Origin: a virus
Taxonomy: Duplodnaviria > Caudoviricetes
DNA: 64,000 bases
Reading direction: 5' to 3' (one strand)
IMG/VR virus record: IMGVR_UViG_3300011717_000032
Span: 1 to 64,000 of that record
Every line of letters begins with the position of its first letter. Position 1 is the first letter of the stretch. This document shows positions 1-9,284 of the stretch, in pieces. The position numbers were made by a program, and so were the translations under genes. Below the pieces are notes generated by a model. It saw only the letters and a list, made by a program, of their open reading frames with translations. It was not told the origin of the DNA and did not search any database.

Positions 1-1314
1 CTAACTTACTGATTTTAATAATGCCCCATCGCTCCCCTGTAGGCTATGGGGCATTGATGGGGCAAAGGCGGCCAGTTTCTGATTGAGCATCGCTATTTGC
101 TCTGAGCTACTGTCAGCCATCCACGCTCCGTACACATTGAACACCATCTGGGCGCTAGCGTGGCCCATCTGGCTGGCAATGAAGCTGGGGTTAGCTCCAG
201 CTGACAATGACCAGCATGCGTAAGTATGACGCGACTGATAGGCTTTCCTGTGCCTAATGCCTGCTCGCTTAACAGCTGCGTCCCAGGAGTCACCTATCGA
301 ATCGACCTTATAAACAAAACCCACCTGCTCACTGCGCCTGACTAACTGAGGGTTAAAGACAAAGGTACAGTCATGCCGCTCGGTTCGGCCATACTCGCGC
401 AACTGAACATCAATGCGGTGCTGCTTACCCAGCCTTGTCATTTCAGCCTGATTTCTCAGGACGCTAACCGCAGGTTCTATCAGGTGAATCACTCTGTTCG
501 TGCTGGCCTCAGTTTTTGGTAGAGTGAATTCGCCCAGTTTCGTATAATTGCGGCGTACTGTTATTGTTCCCGCTTTAAGATCGATATCCTCCCAGGCCAG
601 GGAGAGCAGTTCCCCGTGACGCACCCCTGTGTACACTGCCAGTGACCACAGGTTTTTCGTCTGCTGATGCCGGCATGCATCAATAAGACGGATAAATTCG
701 TCACGAGTAAGCGGATCTGGCTCTACCCTGGCTTTCTTCAGCGGTTTAATACCTTCAAACGGACTCGCCTCTAAGTAGCCGTGATCAGCTGCAAACTGGA
801 ACATTCCGGCGATTGTTGTCATGTAATAATTTACGGTAACAACACTTCGCCCTTTCGCCGGGTTCTTTCCCTTCATTGGCGCCTGGTGACCGGTCAGTAA
901 ATCCTTCCTGATGTACAGCAGTTCCTCTTTGGTCACCGAGGCTACCAGCCGACCCTCTCCGATCCTCGGCACTACATTTCTTACGACCGACTCATAGCGA
1001 TTAAGGGCGTTCGAAGAAATTTCCATCTTTTTCAGATCCAGCCACTTTTCTTCAAGTTCTTTCACTGTGATTTCTTTCTTACCCACCCCAAAAGTTTTGA
1101 GGTGAGGTGATTCGGGAAACTGGGCCGCATAGTCGAACGTCCCTGTGCGGATTGCGAAGCAGACTGATGTTCGCAGTTCCCCGGCGATCTTCCTGTTCTT
1201 CATGGTGTCAGGGACACCGAGGTTTTCCCTGACACGCTTACCTTTGTAACTAAACCAGATGCGCAAAGAGCCGCCGTGGTTTTCGACGCCTGTCGGATAT
1301 GTGACTTTATCCAT
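1..1314 (-). CDS. int: Tyrosine integrase with N-terminal Arm DNA-binding domain (933W/Stx-phage-like family)
   Basis: YTGVRHGEL (catalytic R), QSRHTYA (HxxR region), MGH...VY (catalytic Tyr); N-terminus YPTGVENHGG. Confidence 0.95.
   Translation of the reverse strand: MDKVTYPTGVENHGGSLRIWFSYKGKRVRENLGVPDTMKNRKIAGELRTSVCFAIRTGTFDYAAQFPESPHLKTFGVGKKEITVKELEEKWLDLKKMEISSNALNRYESVVRNVVPRIGEGRLVASVTKEELLYIRKDLLTGHQAPMKGKNPAKGRSVVTVNYYMTTIAGMFQFAADHGYLEASPFEGIKPLKKARVEPDPLTRDEFIRLIDACRHQQTKNLWSLAVYTGVRHGELLSLAWEDIDLKAGTITVRRNYTKLGEFTLPKTEASTNRVIHLIEPAVSVLRNQAEMTRLGKQHRIDVQLREYGRTERHDCTFVFNPQLVRRSEQVGFVYKVDSIGDSWDAAVKRAGIRHRKAYQSRHTYACWSLSAGANPSFIASQMGHASAQMVFNVYGAWMADSSSEQIAMLNQKLAAFAPSMPHSLQGSDGALLKSVS
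22..64. repeat. Three TGCCCCA/TGGGGCA copies, candidate integrase arm sites
   Basis: Copies at 22-28 (+), 47-53 and 58-64 (-), overlapping the int 3' end. Confidence 0.45.
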
Positions 1315-1369
1315 TGGTTCCTCCAGACGCCCAAGAGCGATACGAGATTACCTTTTTCATGGCATCAAA

Positions 1370-1615
1370 TCACCCTGGCTGTTTGTTTTTCATCGAAGCC
1401 ACCCATGCATCGATCGCTTTCCGGTTGTACATGCACTCGCTGGATGGTTTCGGGTTTCCGTCCGGTGAAACGTGCATATATTCCTGACCGACCATCCAGC
1501 ATTCCTTTCTGGCCCGGAGGATTGTTCCGGGCTTAAGCCCGGTTACCGCGATAAGTACGCTTTCACAGACCCAGTCGTTCGGGACCAGGAGTACGATGTC
1601 CGATGTATTACGCAT
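1370..1615 (-). CDS. xis: Putative excisionase (DUF1233-like)
   Basis: Directly upstream of int; VPNDWV...TGLKPGTILRARKECW...MYNRKAID pattern. Confidence 0.8.
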   Translation of the reverse strand: MRNTSDIVLLVPNDWVCESVLIAVTGLKPGTILRARKECWMVGQEYMHVSPDGNPKPSSECMYNRKAIDAWVASMKNKQPG

Positions 1616-1970
1616 TAGTGCTCTCCATTTTTTTATCGGCCAGGCGAACACAGCGTTCGAAGGAAGAGGTCGTGACTATGTTTTTCAGCTCTTGAACGAG
1701 GTAATCGCTGCGCTGCTGGTGGAGCTGGAGCGTGCGTTCTTTCTCTTCCTGGCGAAGTATGGCCAGCTGGGCCGTGATAACACGTCGTTTTGCTTTAACA
1801 ACTCGTAGCGCGTTTTCAGCCTTCTTACGCCAAGCGCTCCATTCACTGCTGCTTTTAGAACTGAACAGCTGATCCTCAATGCTGAGCTGCACTTCTTCGG
1901 CGAGGAACAGCTGCTGCAGGCAGTCAGTAATTGTCTTCAGGTTTTCTACCTGGATATGCGTTTTTTCCAT
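1608..1970 (-). CDS. Hypothetical coiled-coil phage protein
   Basis: 120 aa ORF, stop overlaps xis start, co-oriented. Confidence 0.75.
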   Translation of the reverse strand: MEKTHIQVENLKTITDCLQQLFLAEEVQLSIEDQLFSSKSSSEWSAWRKKAENALRVVKAKRRVITAQLAILRQEEKERTLQLHQQRSDYLVQELKNIVTTSSFERCVRLADKKMESTNA

Positions 1971-2037
1971 CCTGAACCTCCGATAATTGGGAAAAGTATT
2001 TGACTGGCAACCTCAAGGACTCATCTAAGGCCAGCAC

Positions 2038-2259
2038 TCATTTTCGATCTTTCATTTTGCTGTACCGTTCGTGGCTCATTACTTCCCAGTTCTGGCCGCC
2101 ATCGCGAGAAAGCAGGCGCCAACGGCGGTTTACCCTCAGGCTTAGGTTTCCTGTGCTGTGCATCCGGCAGGGATACACTCGCCTGGATCTGTATTGCCTG
2201 AGCACCTGCACCGCCTGTGAATGCACCCATTCAGGAATGCGTATCGCTGTCAGGGCCAT
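2038..2259 (-). CDS. ParE/RelE-like small toxin-fold protein
   Basis: LSLRVNRRWRLL...WEVMSHERY resembles the RelE/HigB C-terminal strand motif; basic, 73 aa. Confidence 0.6.
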   Translation of the reverse strand: MALTAIRIPEWVHSQAVQVLRQYRSRRVYPCRMHSTGNLSLRVNRRWRLLSRDGGQNWEVMSHERYSKMKDRK

Positions 2260-2443
2260 TGTCCTTATCTCCCGCTGGTGGAATGACGGTGTAGCCGGCA
2301 CGTTCTGCCATCCATAAAAATGTTTCCAGAGACGCTGTTACTTCACCTTTTTGCACTGGGCGCGAATGAATCACCTTCCCGTTCTCGATAGTGAGCACGA
2401 CATCAATAGGGCCGTGCTCTACTGAATAATTAACATCAGCCAT
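2231..2443 (-). CDS. Small hypothetical protein (paralog of 2436-2657)
   Basis: VVLTIENGKV...LETFLWMA; ATG at 2443 overlaps the upstream stop. Confidence 0.65.
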   Translation of the reverse strand: MADVNYSVEHGPIDVVLTIENGKVIHSRPVQKGEVTASLETFLWMAERAGYTVIPPAGDKDNGPDSDTHS

Positions 2444-2657
2444 TTGATGTCTCCTGTATGCGCAGCTCCATATCACGAGCCATTTCAATAAACGTGTCCA
2501 AAGCACAGATATGCTCGTCGGGAGATAACCGCCGATCACATTTAACCTGGCCGTTTTCGATGTAGAGAACGACGCGGCCAGTGAAGTCAGGCAGAACATG
2601 CAGATCTACGTTCAGAACCGGGCGGCCACTCTGGCTAACGTTTTGCTGACTGATCAT
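2436..2657 (-). CDS. Small hypothetical protein (paralog of 2231-2443)
   Basis: VVLYIENGQV...LDTFIEMA; ATG at 2657 after GGAGG. Confidence 0.65.
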   Translation of the reverse strand: MISQQNVSQSGRPVLNVDLHVLPDFTGRVVLYIENGQVKCDRRLSPDEHICALDTFIEMARDMELRIQETSNG

Positions 2658-3015
2658 GCTTAGCCTCCGCTGCTGCTGGTTTATGCTTTTTGGCAAAATC
2701 GACCAGTTCTGCAATGAGATCGTCGATTAACTCTTTGCCGCTTTCCGTCAGGAACTCACCGCGGCCATTCACGTCTACAGCGCTGCTATAAATTCCCCTG
2801 ACAGCCTTAATCCCTTCAATATTCCCGAATTCACTCACGGCCTGTTTTTCAAATCGGCTCAATAGGCCATCGAGTAGAATCTCTGTTAATTCGATAGTTT
2901 TTATTTCGCCTTTTGGCTGGTTAATAATGATGCAGTTACTACCGGTTTTACGCTGGTGGCGGAGTAACGCTGATTTAAGAATTCGACGGCGATAAGTTTC
3001 GATTAATTTATCCAT
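2635..3015 (-). CDS. Hypothetical phage protein
   Basis: 126 aa ORF in a tight co-oriented early-left chain. Confidence 0.7.
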   Translation of the reverse strand: MDKLIETYRRRILKSALLRHQRKTGSNCIIINQPKGEIKTIELTEILLDGLLSRFEKQAVSEFGNIEGIKAVRGIYSSAVDVNGRGEFLTESGKELIDDLIAELVDFAKKHKPAAAEAKHDQSAKR

Positions 3016-3240
3016 CTAAATAATCCTTCTTTGCGCGTCTTCATTCGCCAGTACAATTTTCTCCTCTTTCTCGGTCCATGAATAAACAGAGCCAGCGAGG
3101 TCATAAGCCAGACCTAAAAGGCCATCAAGCTGGTAGCAATCGAAATCCTTATGATGGGCATGGATAGTTTGCATAAGGAAATTGAGTTGTTCTGCTTTGA
3201 TATTCAGCGTCTGAATATCTTGTCGTTCTTGAATAGACAT
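3016..3240 (-). CDS. Small helical hypothetical protein
   Basis: 74 aa ORF, GGGAG RBS, abuts next gene. Confidence 0.7.
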   Translation of the reverse strand: MSIQERQDIQTLNIKAEQLNFLMQTIHAHHKDFDCYQLDGLLGLAYDLAGSVYSWTEKEEKIVLANEDAQRRII

Positions 3241-3243
3241 AAC

Positions 3244-3342
3244 TTATCTCCCATATGCTTTCTTTAAAAAGAGATTGGCGATGTGCCAATATCCAGCGCT
3301 GCGCATTAATTGCGCTGTTTTAAAAGCGGCTTTATTTACCAT
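3244..3342 (-). CDS. 32 aa small ORF MVNKAAFKTAQLMRSAGYWHIANLFLKKAYGR
   Basis: Manual translation; fills the gap and stops 3 nt before the next start. Confidence 0.45.
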   Translation of the reverse strand: MVNKAAFKTAQLMRSAGYWHIANLFLKKAYGR

Positions 3343-3419
3343 AATAAAAACCCATTAAAAGGATGTAATATTCCCCAGCGATAAAGCTGTATTTATTCCA
3401 GATTAAATTATCGGTGTGG

Positions 3420-3617
3420 TTATTTGTTTTTGACTTTAACAGCCTGCTCTTCAATCAACCAAGCGCATACGTCGCCTGTGAGCCTGCGCAGTAGCGAGGC
3501 AATCGCTATCACTTCGGAATCAGCCATTCTGTCAGGATAAGACTCCATCATTCGACAAATAATTTCCGCTTGATGCGCTCGCTCAGCTACCTGCTCTAAT
3601 GAAATTTCATGCGCCAT
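3420..3617 (-). CDS. Small helical hypothetical protein
   Basis: 65 aa from ATG at 3617, overlaps the upstream stop. Confidence 0.65.
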   Translation of the reverse strand: MAHEISLEQVAERAHQAEIICRMMESYPDRMADSEVIAIASLLRRLTGDVCAWLIEEQAVKVKNK

Positions 3618-3927
3618 GATTCCCATCCTTTAACCCAGAAAGATATGAAGCTGCATGAGATATTTTATTTGTCGCAACGCCGAGTTCAGCAAGATCAGCG
3701 ATAACGCAGGTGAGACTGAGGATTTTGTCTCTATTAATTGCTTCCTCTTCTGACAAACTAAAAATACTTAAACTGAGATGATTTATTGCTTCAAAGATTG
3801 AAATCGTTTTGGTATCGCAATCAGATGCAATATCACCGTAATGAATATGAGAGCAATCTTTACTGAATCGAAAATCTTCGATATCAACTAATTGGTGAAA
3901 CTTTTTAGTAGTTGGCTCGCTGGTCAT
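3607..3927 (-). CDS. Hypothetical protein, first gene of the pL operon
   Basis: 106 aa ORF with GGAG RBS, AT-rich. Confidence 0.7.
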   Translation of the reverse strand: MTSEPTTKKFHQLVDIEDFRFSKDCSHIHYGDIASDCDTKTISIFEAINHLSLSIFSLSEEEAINRDKILSLTCVIADLAELGVATNKISHAASYLSGLKDGNHGA

Positions 3928-4109
3928 TTAGTTAACTCCGTTGTATGCCGATGAAATAAGCATACGATCACCAAAATTGTCTGTCAAACATAATTATGCG
4001 TGATAAACATATTTTAGGTATAACCAACTGTTTTCCTGACTTTAAAAGATATGTTTCAAAAGCAAAAAAAAGAGCCGGAAGGCTCTTTAGTATGTGCGGG
4101 GATGATGGG

Positions 4110-4799
4110 TTACGCGTGGCGTCGGAACTGTTGTGATTGGCTTAAAAGTACCTTGCCGCAAACGTGGAGCATATCCATCTCTTCATCAGTGATCTGCCAT
4201 TCTCTATACAGCGGATTGTCAGACAGCACGTGAAGTTGAGTTTTGATTTTCTGAAGGCGTTTTACAAAGAGATCGCCGCTAAAATCAAAAACATATATGC
4301 CGTCACCGTCGAAATGGTTGACTCCGACATCAACAAAAATGAGATCACCAGGCTCGATTGTGCCCTGCATGCTATCGCCGCGAACGTTAATGAGCTTGAC
4401 CTGATTTGCTGGCCTGTGGCCAAAGAGGTTTCTTGCTTCTTCGGTAACATACTCTATCGAACTAATAACTTCGATGAAGTCGCGGGTAGAGTTCCCATTG
4501 CCAGCGCTTGCAGAAACGTCCATTACATCAACCCGATACACGTCCCTTCTCCTTTCCGACGAAAGTGAATTGATACTGTATGTTTCTACAGTATCTTTTT
4601 TATCTTGGAAAGAAAATAGTTCGGAGAGTGGAACCTCTAACGCCTCGGCAATTTTTTTGAGGCTGGCTTCACTGTAGCCCTGCATACCTCTTTCGAGCCG
4701 TGAAATGTTGCCGACATCCCAATCAGTCAGGGACGCCAGCTGGTTTATAGTCATTTTCTTTGCTTTTCGCAGCTCTCTAATCCGTTGCCCTACGTTCAT
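4110..4799 (-). CDS. cI: CI-type repressor (HTH + S24 peptidase)
   Basis: N-terminal HTH; SAG cleavage site, RGDSM Ser and VKRL Lys motifs. Confidence 0.93.
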   Translation of the reverse strand: MNVGQRIRELRKAKKMTINQLASLTDWDVGNISRLERGMQGYSEASLKKIAEALEVPLSELFSFQDKKDTVETYSINSLSSERRRDVYRVDVMDVSASAGNGNSTRDFIEVISSIEYVTEEARNLFGHRPANQVKLINVRGDSMQGTIEPGDLIFVDVGVNHFDGDGIYVFDFSGDLFVKRLQKIKTQLHVLSDNPLYREWQITDEEMDMLHVCGKVLLSQSQQFRRHA

Positions 4800-4918
4800 C
4801 GAAGCACCCCCGCCAAATGTTATTTAATTTGTATTTTATACATAATTTTGCAACTCACACAACTCAACTTGCATAATATGTTTGTCACGCATATTATGTC
4901 TAAAACACAAATGGAGTT
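4800..4918. promoter_or_regulatory. OR/pR/pRM control region of module 1
   Basis: Divergent cI-cro intergenic region with inverted repeat CATAATATG...CATATTATG; related CATAATTATG palindrome near 3990. Confidence 0.7.
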
Positions 4919-5149
4919 ATGCGCATGTTCACACCGCTACGCAAAGCTCGCCTCAAAGCAAAGATGACCATTCAGGAGGTTGCATCATCCATTAAGTGCG
5001 ACCCCGGTAATCTTAGTCGAATGGAGCGAGGCATACAGAGGCCTTCTCCAGAAGTTGCTGAGAAGCTGGCCAAATTGTTCGACGCAGAATTGACAGAAAT
5101 TCAGATCCTCTATCCCGAAAGGTTTAGCTCTGATGGATATCAACCGTAA
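4919..5149 (+). CDS. cro: Cro-like HTH regulator
   Basis: Divergent from cI; XRE HTH (TIQEVASSIKCDPGNLSRMERG). Confidence 0.88.
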   Translation: MRMFTPLRKARLKAKMTIQEVASSIKCDPGNLSRMERGIQRPSPEVAEKLAKLFDAELTEIQILYPERFSSDGYQP

Positions 5150-5429
5150 TGAGCACCTGGTTATGCCCGACAACCATAGCCAGGCAGATTCGGAATGGAT
5201 TAAGCAGCAGCTATTAACCCTGGCACCATCCGCACGACAAAAAGCAATTCAGCGTTATGCGGCTGTGTACCAAGAATCGTATGAAGCTGAGCCTGTTTCT
5301 TACCGCAAGGAGAACCGGGCAAGGCACGAAGCAAACACACGGCTTCGCCTGTTCGTTAGAAATCACGGCAGAGCTTTACAGGGGTATACCGCCGAACCTC
5401 CCCTGGCTGGAACGCAAGCGCGTTTTTGA
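5133..5429 (+). CDS. Hypothetical early-right protein
   Basis: 98 aa ORF overlapping the cro stop. Confidence 0.7.
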   Translation: MDINRNEHLVMPDNHSQADSEWIKQQLLTLAPSARQKAIQRYAAVYQESYEAEPVSYRKENRARHEANTRLRLFVRNHGRALQGYTAEPPLAGTQARF

Positions 5430-5854
5430 TTGTTTTGGGTTTAAAGGTACCCGGACAGATGCAGGCTTAAAGGTGTCTGCTCAGGTTGGCAACCACCAGA
5501 ACCTCATCCCCATTTGTACTAGGGAAGCAGTACGTTTTTATGGGGAAGAGGGAAAGGGGGGTAAGGGGGGATTGGGTGCAGGGGAAGGAATAGGTCCTTT
5601 TCCAACAGGAGAGATCCATAGGTTAGGTAGATCTCAGTCTTAAGGGCTGAACCACAAAAAGCGCCGTATCAGCAAGGTAGTACGGAAGCTGAAAGCGCAC
5701 AGAAACGAGGAAGGTTCTTCCTGGAAGAGTGAATTTCAGGGGAGCTGATTCAGAAGGGAGGCTGGCAACCTTTGGGGAGGCCGCCAGCCATGTGAGGGGA
5801 ATCCATGAAAACCACATCACAAAATTATTATCTCATCACCGCGGGGGCAGCACA

Positions 5855-7465
5855 ATGCAGCTGACGATCACACCTAATTTTGCACAGGAACGCGCGCTTA
5901 ACATGCTGCGCCGGGACTGGAAGGCAAACGACACCTTCATGGTGTACTCGCCGACCGGCAGCGGCAAGACGGGTCTGGCCGCATTCATCGTGGCAGGGTT
6001 CGTCAGCCGTGGTAAGCGCGTTCTGTTCTGCGCGCCATACACCATCCTGATCGGTCAGACGGCTAATCGCTTTGTTGAGTATGGTCTGCCAGGTGATGAG
6101 ATTGGTTATATCTGGGCAGATCATCCGAACTACGATCCGTCCCTGAAAATTCAGATTGCCAGCGCCGACACGCTTATTCGCCGCGTGTTCCCTGATAACA
6201 TCGATCTGCTGATCATCGACGAAGCGCACCTGCGTAAAAAGCGCATCCTGCAGGACATCGAACGCCTGCGCGCCAACGGTGTGAAAGTGATTGGCCTGTC
6301 AGGTACACCGTTTTCGCCGTTCCTGGGTAAATACTATGACCGCCTCATTAAACCGACCACCATCGGCGAACTGATCCAGCGCGGCGACCTGAGTAATTAC
6401 GAGTTCTACGCGCCCACTAAACCGGATCTGAAAGGCGTCAAATCGGCCTCATCACTGGAGTTCGGCAGCGATTACAACGAGGCGCAGCTGGCTGAGATTA
6501 TGTGCGGTTCCACGCTGGTGGGCGATATCGTCCAGAACTGGCTGGAGAATGGACGTGACCTGCCGACGATCGCGTTCTGCGTCAACGTTGCCCATGCCAA
6601 TTTCCTGACCATCCAGTTTAACCAGGCTGGCGTTAATGCCGAGGTTATGACTGCTGACACGCCTGTGGAAGATCGCCAGACCATCATTCACCGCTTCGAG
6701 ACTGGCGCCACGAAAATAATCGTGAGCGTGGGTGTTCTCGTGGCCGGGTTCGACAGCGATGTTCGCTGCATCATCTACGCCAGGCCAACCAAAAGCGAAA
6801 TTCGCTGGTTACAGGCGCTGGGCCGCGGTCTGCGCACCGCGCCGGGTAAAGAGTCCTGCCTCATCTTCGATCACAGCGGCACCGTACATCGCTTGGGTTA
6901 CCCGGACTCTATCGAATATGACGATCTCCCGGGCAAAACTGACGGGATGGAGGAAAGCGCGCGCCACGCAGCCGAAGAACGCGAAGAGAAGCTGCCGCAC
7001 GAATGCTCGCTATGCCACTACATGAAACCAGCTGGCGTCTACGTCTGCCCGAAATGCGGCCACAAGCCGCTGGCCGGTGAGAACGTTGATACCGACACCG
7101 GGCGCAAACTCAAAAAGCTGGGCAACGAACAGCGTCAGCCCACTAAGGCCGAGAAACAGGCCTGGTGGAGCCAGATTAAGTTTTACCAGCGTCAGCGCCA
7201 GTCGCTGGGCAAAAAGCCCGTAAGCGATGGTTGGTGCAAACACACTTTCCATGAGCGTTTCGGGGAGTGGCCAAACGGCCTGAGCGATTACCCGATGGAC
7301 ATCACCCCTACGGTTTCGAACTTCATCAGGCACAAACAGATCGCTTTTGCTAAACAGCGCGAGAAAGCACAGGCGCAGCAAGAATGCCAGCCTGAGCCGA
7401 CCAGAATTCAGCTGGCGAGAAACCAGATGAAAGAAATCAAACAGCAGTTAGGAAAACGAGTATGA
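5855..7465 (+). CDS. SF2 DEAD/DEAH-box helicase with Zn ribbon
   Basis: SPTGSGKT Walker A, IIDEAH, QALGRGLR motif VI, CxxC...CxxC; start placed at ATG 5855. Confidence 0.92.
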   Translation: MQLTITPNFAQERALNMLRRDWKANDTFMVYSPTGSGKTGLAAFIVAGFVSRGKRVLFCAPYTILIGQTANRFVEYGLPGDEIGYIWADHPNYDPSLKIQIASADTLIRRVFPDNIDLLIIDEAHLRKKRILQDIERLRANGVKVIGLSGTPFSPFLGKYYDRLIKPTTIGELIQRGDLSNYEFYAPTKPDLKGVKSASSLEFGSDYNEAQLAEIMCGSTLVGDIVQNWLENGRDLPTIAFCVNVAHANFLTIQFNQAGVNAEVMTADTPVEDRQTIIHRFETGATKIIVSVGVLVAGFDSDVRCIIYARPTKSEIRWLQALGRGLRTAPGKESCLIFDHSGTVHRLGYPDSIEYDDLPGKTDGMEESARHAAEEREEKLPHECSLCHYMKPAGVYVCPKCGHKPLAGENVDTDTGRKLKKLGNEQRQPTKAEKQAWWSQIKFYQRQRQSLGKKPVSDGWCKHTFHERFGEWPNGLSDYPMDITPTVSNFIRHKQIAFAKQREKAQAQQECQPEPTRIQLARNQMKEIKQQLGKRV

Positions 7466-8427
7466 AGACGGCGGAAGCAGCAAAGGGCCAGTGGGCCATG
7501 ATTTTTGAACATTACGGCCTGCCGCCGATCACCGGTAAAAATCACTTCAAAGGCAAATGCCCACTATGTGACTCAATTGGTAAGTTCCGTATCGATGACC
7601 GTGACGGTGCCGGCACTTGGATCTGTACCTGCGGTAGCGGCGATGGATTGAAACTGGTTACGCAAACCCAGGGTAAACCCTTCAATGAGATTTGCCGTGA
7701 AATTGATGAGCTGATCGGCAACACCTTCACTCGCTTGAAAGTACCAGTCACCACCAGCGCGGGCAGCTTGCGTCAAAGGGTGCTCAGTAAGTTTTCTAAA
7801 CTGGCACCGCTGCGTGGGACTACTGGTGCCGATTACCTCAATGCGCGCGGCATCTATAAGCTCCCGGCTGAGGCTATCCGTTTCAACGATAAGCAACGCC
7901 ACAACGGAGCGGTTTATCAGTCCCTCTACTCTCTGGCCACTGATGATAAAGGTGAGCTTTGCTATCTGCATCAGACGCTTCTGGACGGCTCAAAAAAGGC
8001 CGACATCGGCACCAGCGCAAAGCGTCAGAAATCCCTGCAAGAGGACAATTATCTGGATCATGCCCGTTCAGTGGCGATTCGTATGTTCCCTGTTGCCAGC
8101 ACGCTTGGCATCGCCGAAGGCATCGAAACAGCCCTTTCAGCGCACCAGCTCTACGGCGTGAATACCTGGGCAACCATGACAAGCGGATTTATGAAGAAAT
8201 TCCGGGTACCGGCAGGCGTGAAGCATCTGATTATTTTCGCTGACCGCGACGAGAACAGCGCCACAGGGCTGGCGGCAGCATATGAATGCGCGCATGCGAA
8301 CCTGCTGGCGAAAAATGACCTGCAGCGTGTGAGTGTCTATTGGCCCGATCACGATGATTTTAACAACATGCTCATGAACGGCGATCAGGTTCGTGAATTG
8401 GTTTTCTACAAAAAGGCGGCTGCGTAA
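7462..8427 (+). CDS. DNA primase (Zn-binding + TOPRIM)
   Basis: CPLC...WICTC Zn domain, IAEGIETA, FADRD motif; ATGA overlap. Confidence 0.88.
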   Translation: MKTAEAAKGQWAMIFEHYGLPPITGKNHFKGKCPLCDSIGKFRIDDRDGAGTWICTCGSGDGLKLVTQTQGKPFNEICREIDELIGNTFTRLKVPVTTSAGSLRQRVLSKFSKLAPLRGTTGADYLNARGIYKLPAEAIRFNDKQRHNGAVYQSLYSLATDDKGELCYLHQTLLDGSKKADIGTSAKRQKSLQEDNYLDHARSVAIRMFPVASTLGIAEGIETALSAHQLYGVNTWATMTSGFMKKFRVPAGVKHLIIFADRDENSATGLAAAYECAHANLLAKNDLQRVSVYWPDHDDFNNMLMNGDQVRELVFYKKAAA

Positions 8428-9284
8428 TGCGTACAGATAACATCGAACATAAAGCACTCTTCACAATCCCGACGGCAGCGCACAGCACCACCCTGGCGAA
8501 CATCAAGCCGCTGCCGGCTCAAAGGAAAATCACCGGCCATAAACAGACTGATGCTTATCTCTGGGTGCTTGAGGTGATCCGACTGAACGAACCCGCACAC
8601 CTGGACGCTGCTGAAGCTGCGCTGGAGAAAATTAAGATCAGCCCGAAAGAGGCCGGTGAACGATATTCCCGTTATCTGCTGGCGAATGGTGCCGATCCTT
8701 TCCAGGTTGCATTCGGTACCATCGGCATGGATAACCCGGCGAACGCTATCAAGGCAGCGCGCGAGAATATTCAGAAGGCTGCTGGCGTCAGAGCGCAGTT
8801 CGGCAACTACGAAACAGCATTCGATGATGTAGAAGCTGAACGCGTGATTAAGTCCTCACAGAAATTTATTGATGATTATGACTGGGGCTGGACCTCCGAA
8901 GAACTGGAGTCCGGTCACATCGGCGGGGGACGCATGACAGAATTAGACGATCAGCGTCGCATATATGTTGATGGCTACCGTGACGTTCTGCCGGAACCTA
9001 ACACCCTCTCAGATGTGGTTCGTGAATTTATTTACTGGGACTGGCTTTACGAGGTGCGCAACACGGCTGGCAAGGAACTCGGTTACGAATATGGTTACTC
9101 CGAGCACCATCAGTCGGTGTATGACCGCGAGCGCTATTTGGAAAAACTGCTGGAGACCATCAAGCCCGTAACCCGCGCTGAGGCTGTTGAAGTTTGCCGC
9201 TGGTTTATGGAAAGCGGAAAGGGAGAATATATGGAAAACGACGGCGAGGCGGTCATTCTTAATCTGGTAGGGGAGTGCGAATAA
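8427..9284 (+). CDS. Hypothetical phage protein
   Basis: 285 aa ORF translationally coupled on both sides. Confidence 0.8.
   Translation: MRTDNIEHKALFTIPTAAHSTTLANIKPLPAQRKITGHKQTDAYLWVLEVIRLNEPAHLDAAEAALEKIKISPKEAGERYSRYLLANGADPFQVAFGTIGMDNPANAIKAARENIQKAAGVRAQFGNYETAFDDVEAERVIKSSQKFIDDYDWGWTSEELESGHIGGGRMTELDDQRRIYVDGYRDVLPEPNTLSDVVREFIYWDWLYEVRNTAGKELGYEYGYSEHHQSVYDRERYLEKLLETIKPVTRAEAVEVCRWFMESGKGEYMENDGEAVILNLVGECE

Noticed and set aside
5257-5643. 128-aa ORF spanning the G-rich tract
   Set aside because: Overlaps the 5133-5429 gene heavily and is low-complexity (GKGGKGG); treated as non-coding
5729-5854. N-terminal extension of the helicase
   Set aside because: GTG start without a clear RBS; ATG at 5855 follows a G-rich RBS and gives a normal helicase N-terminus
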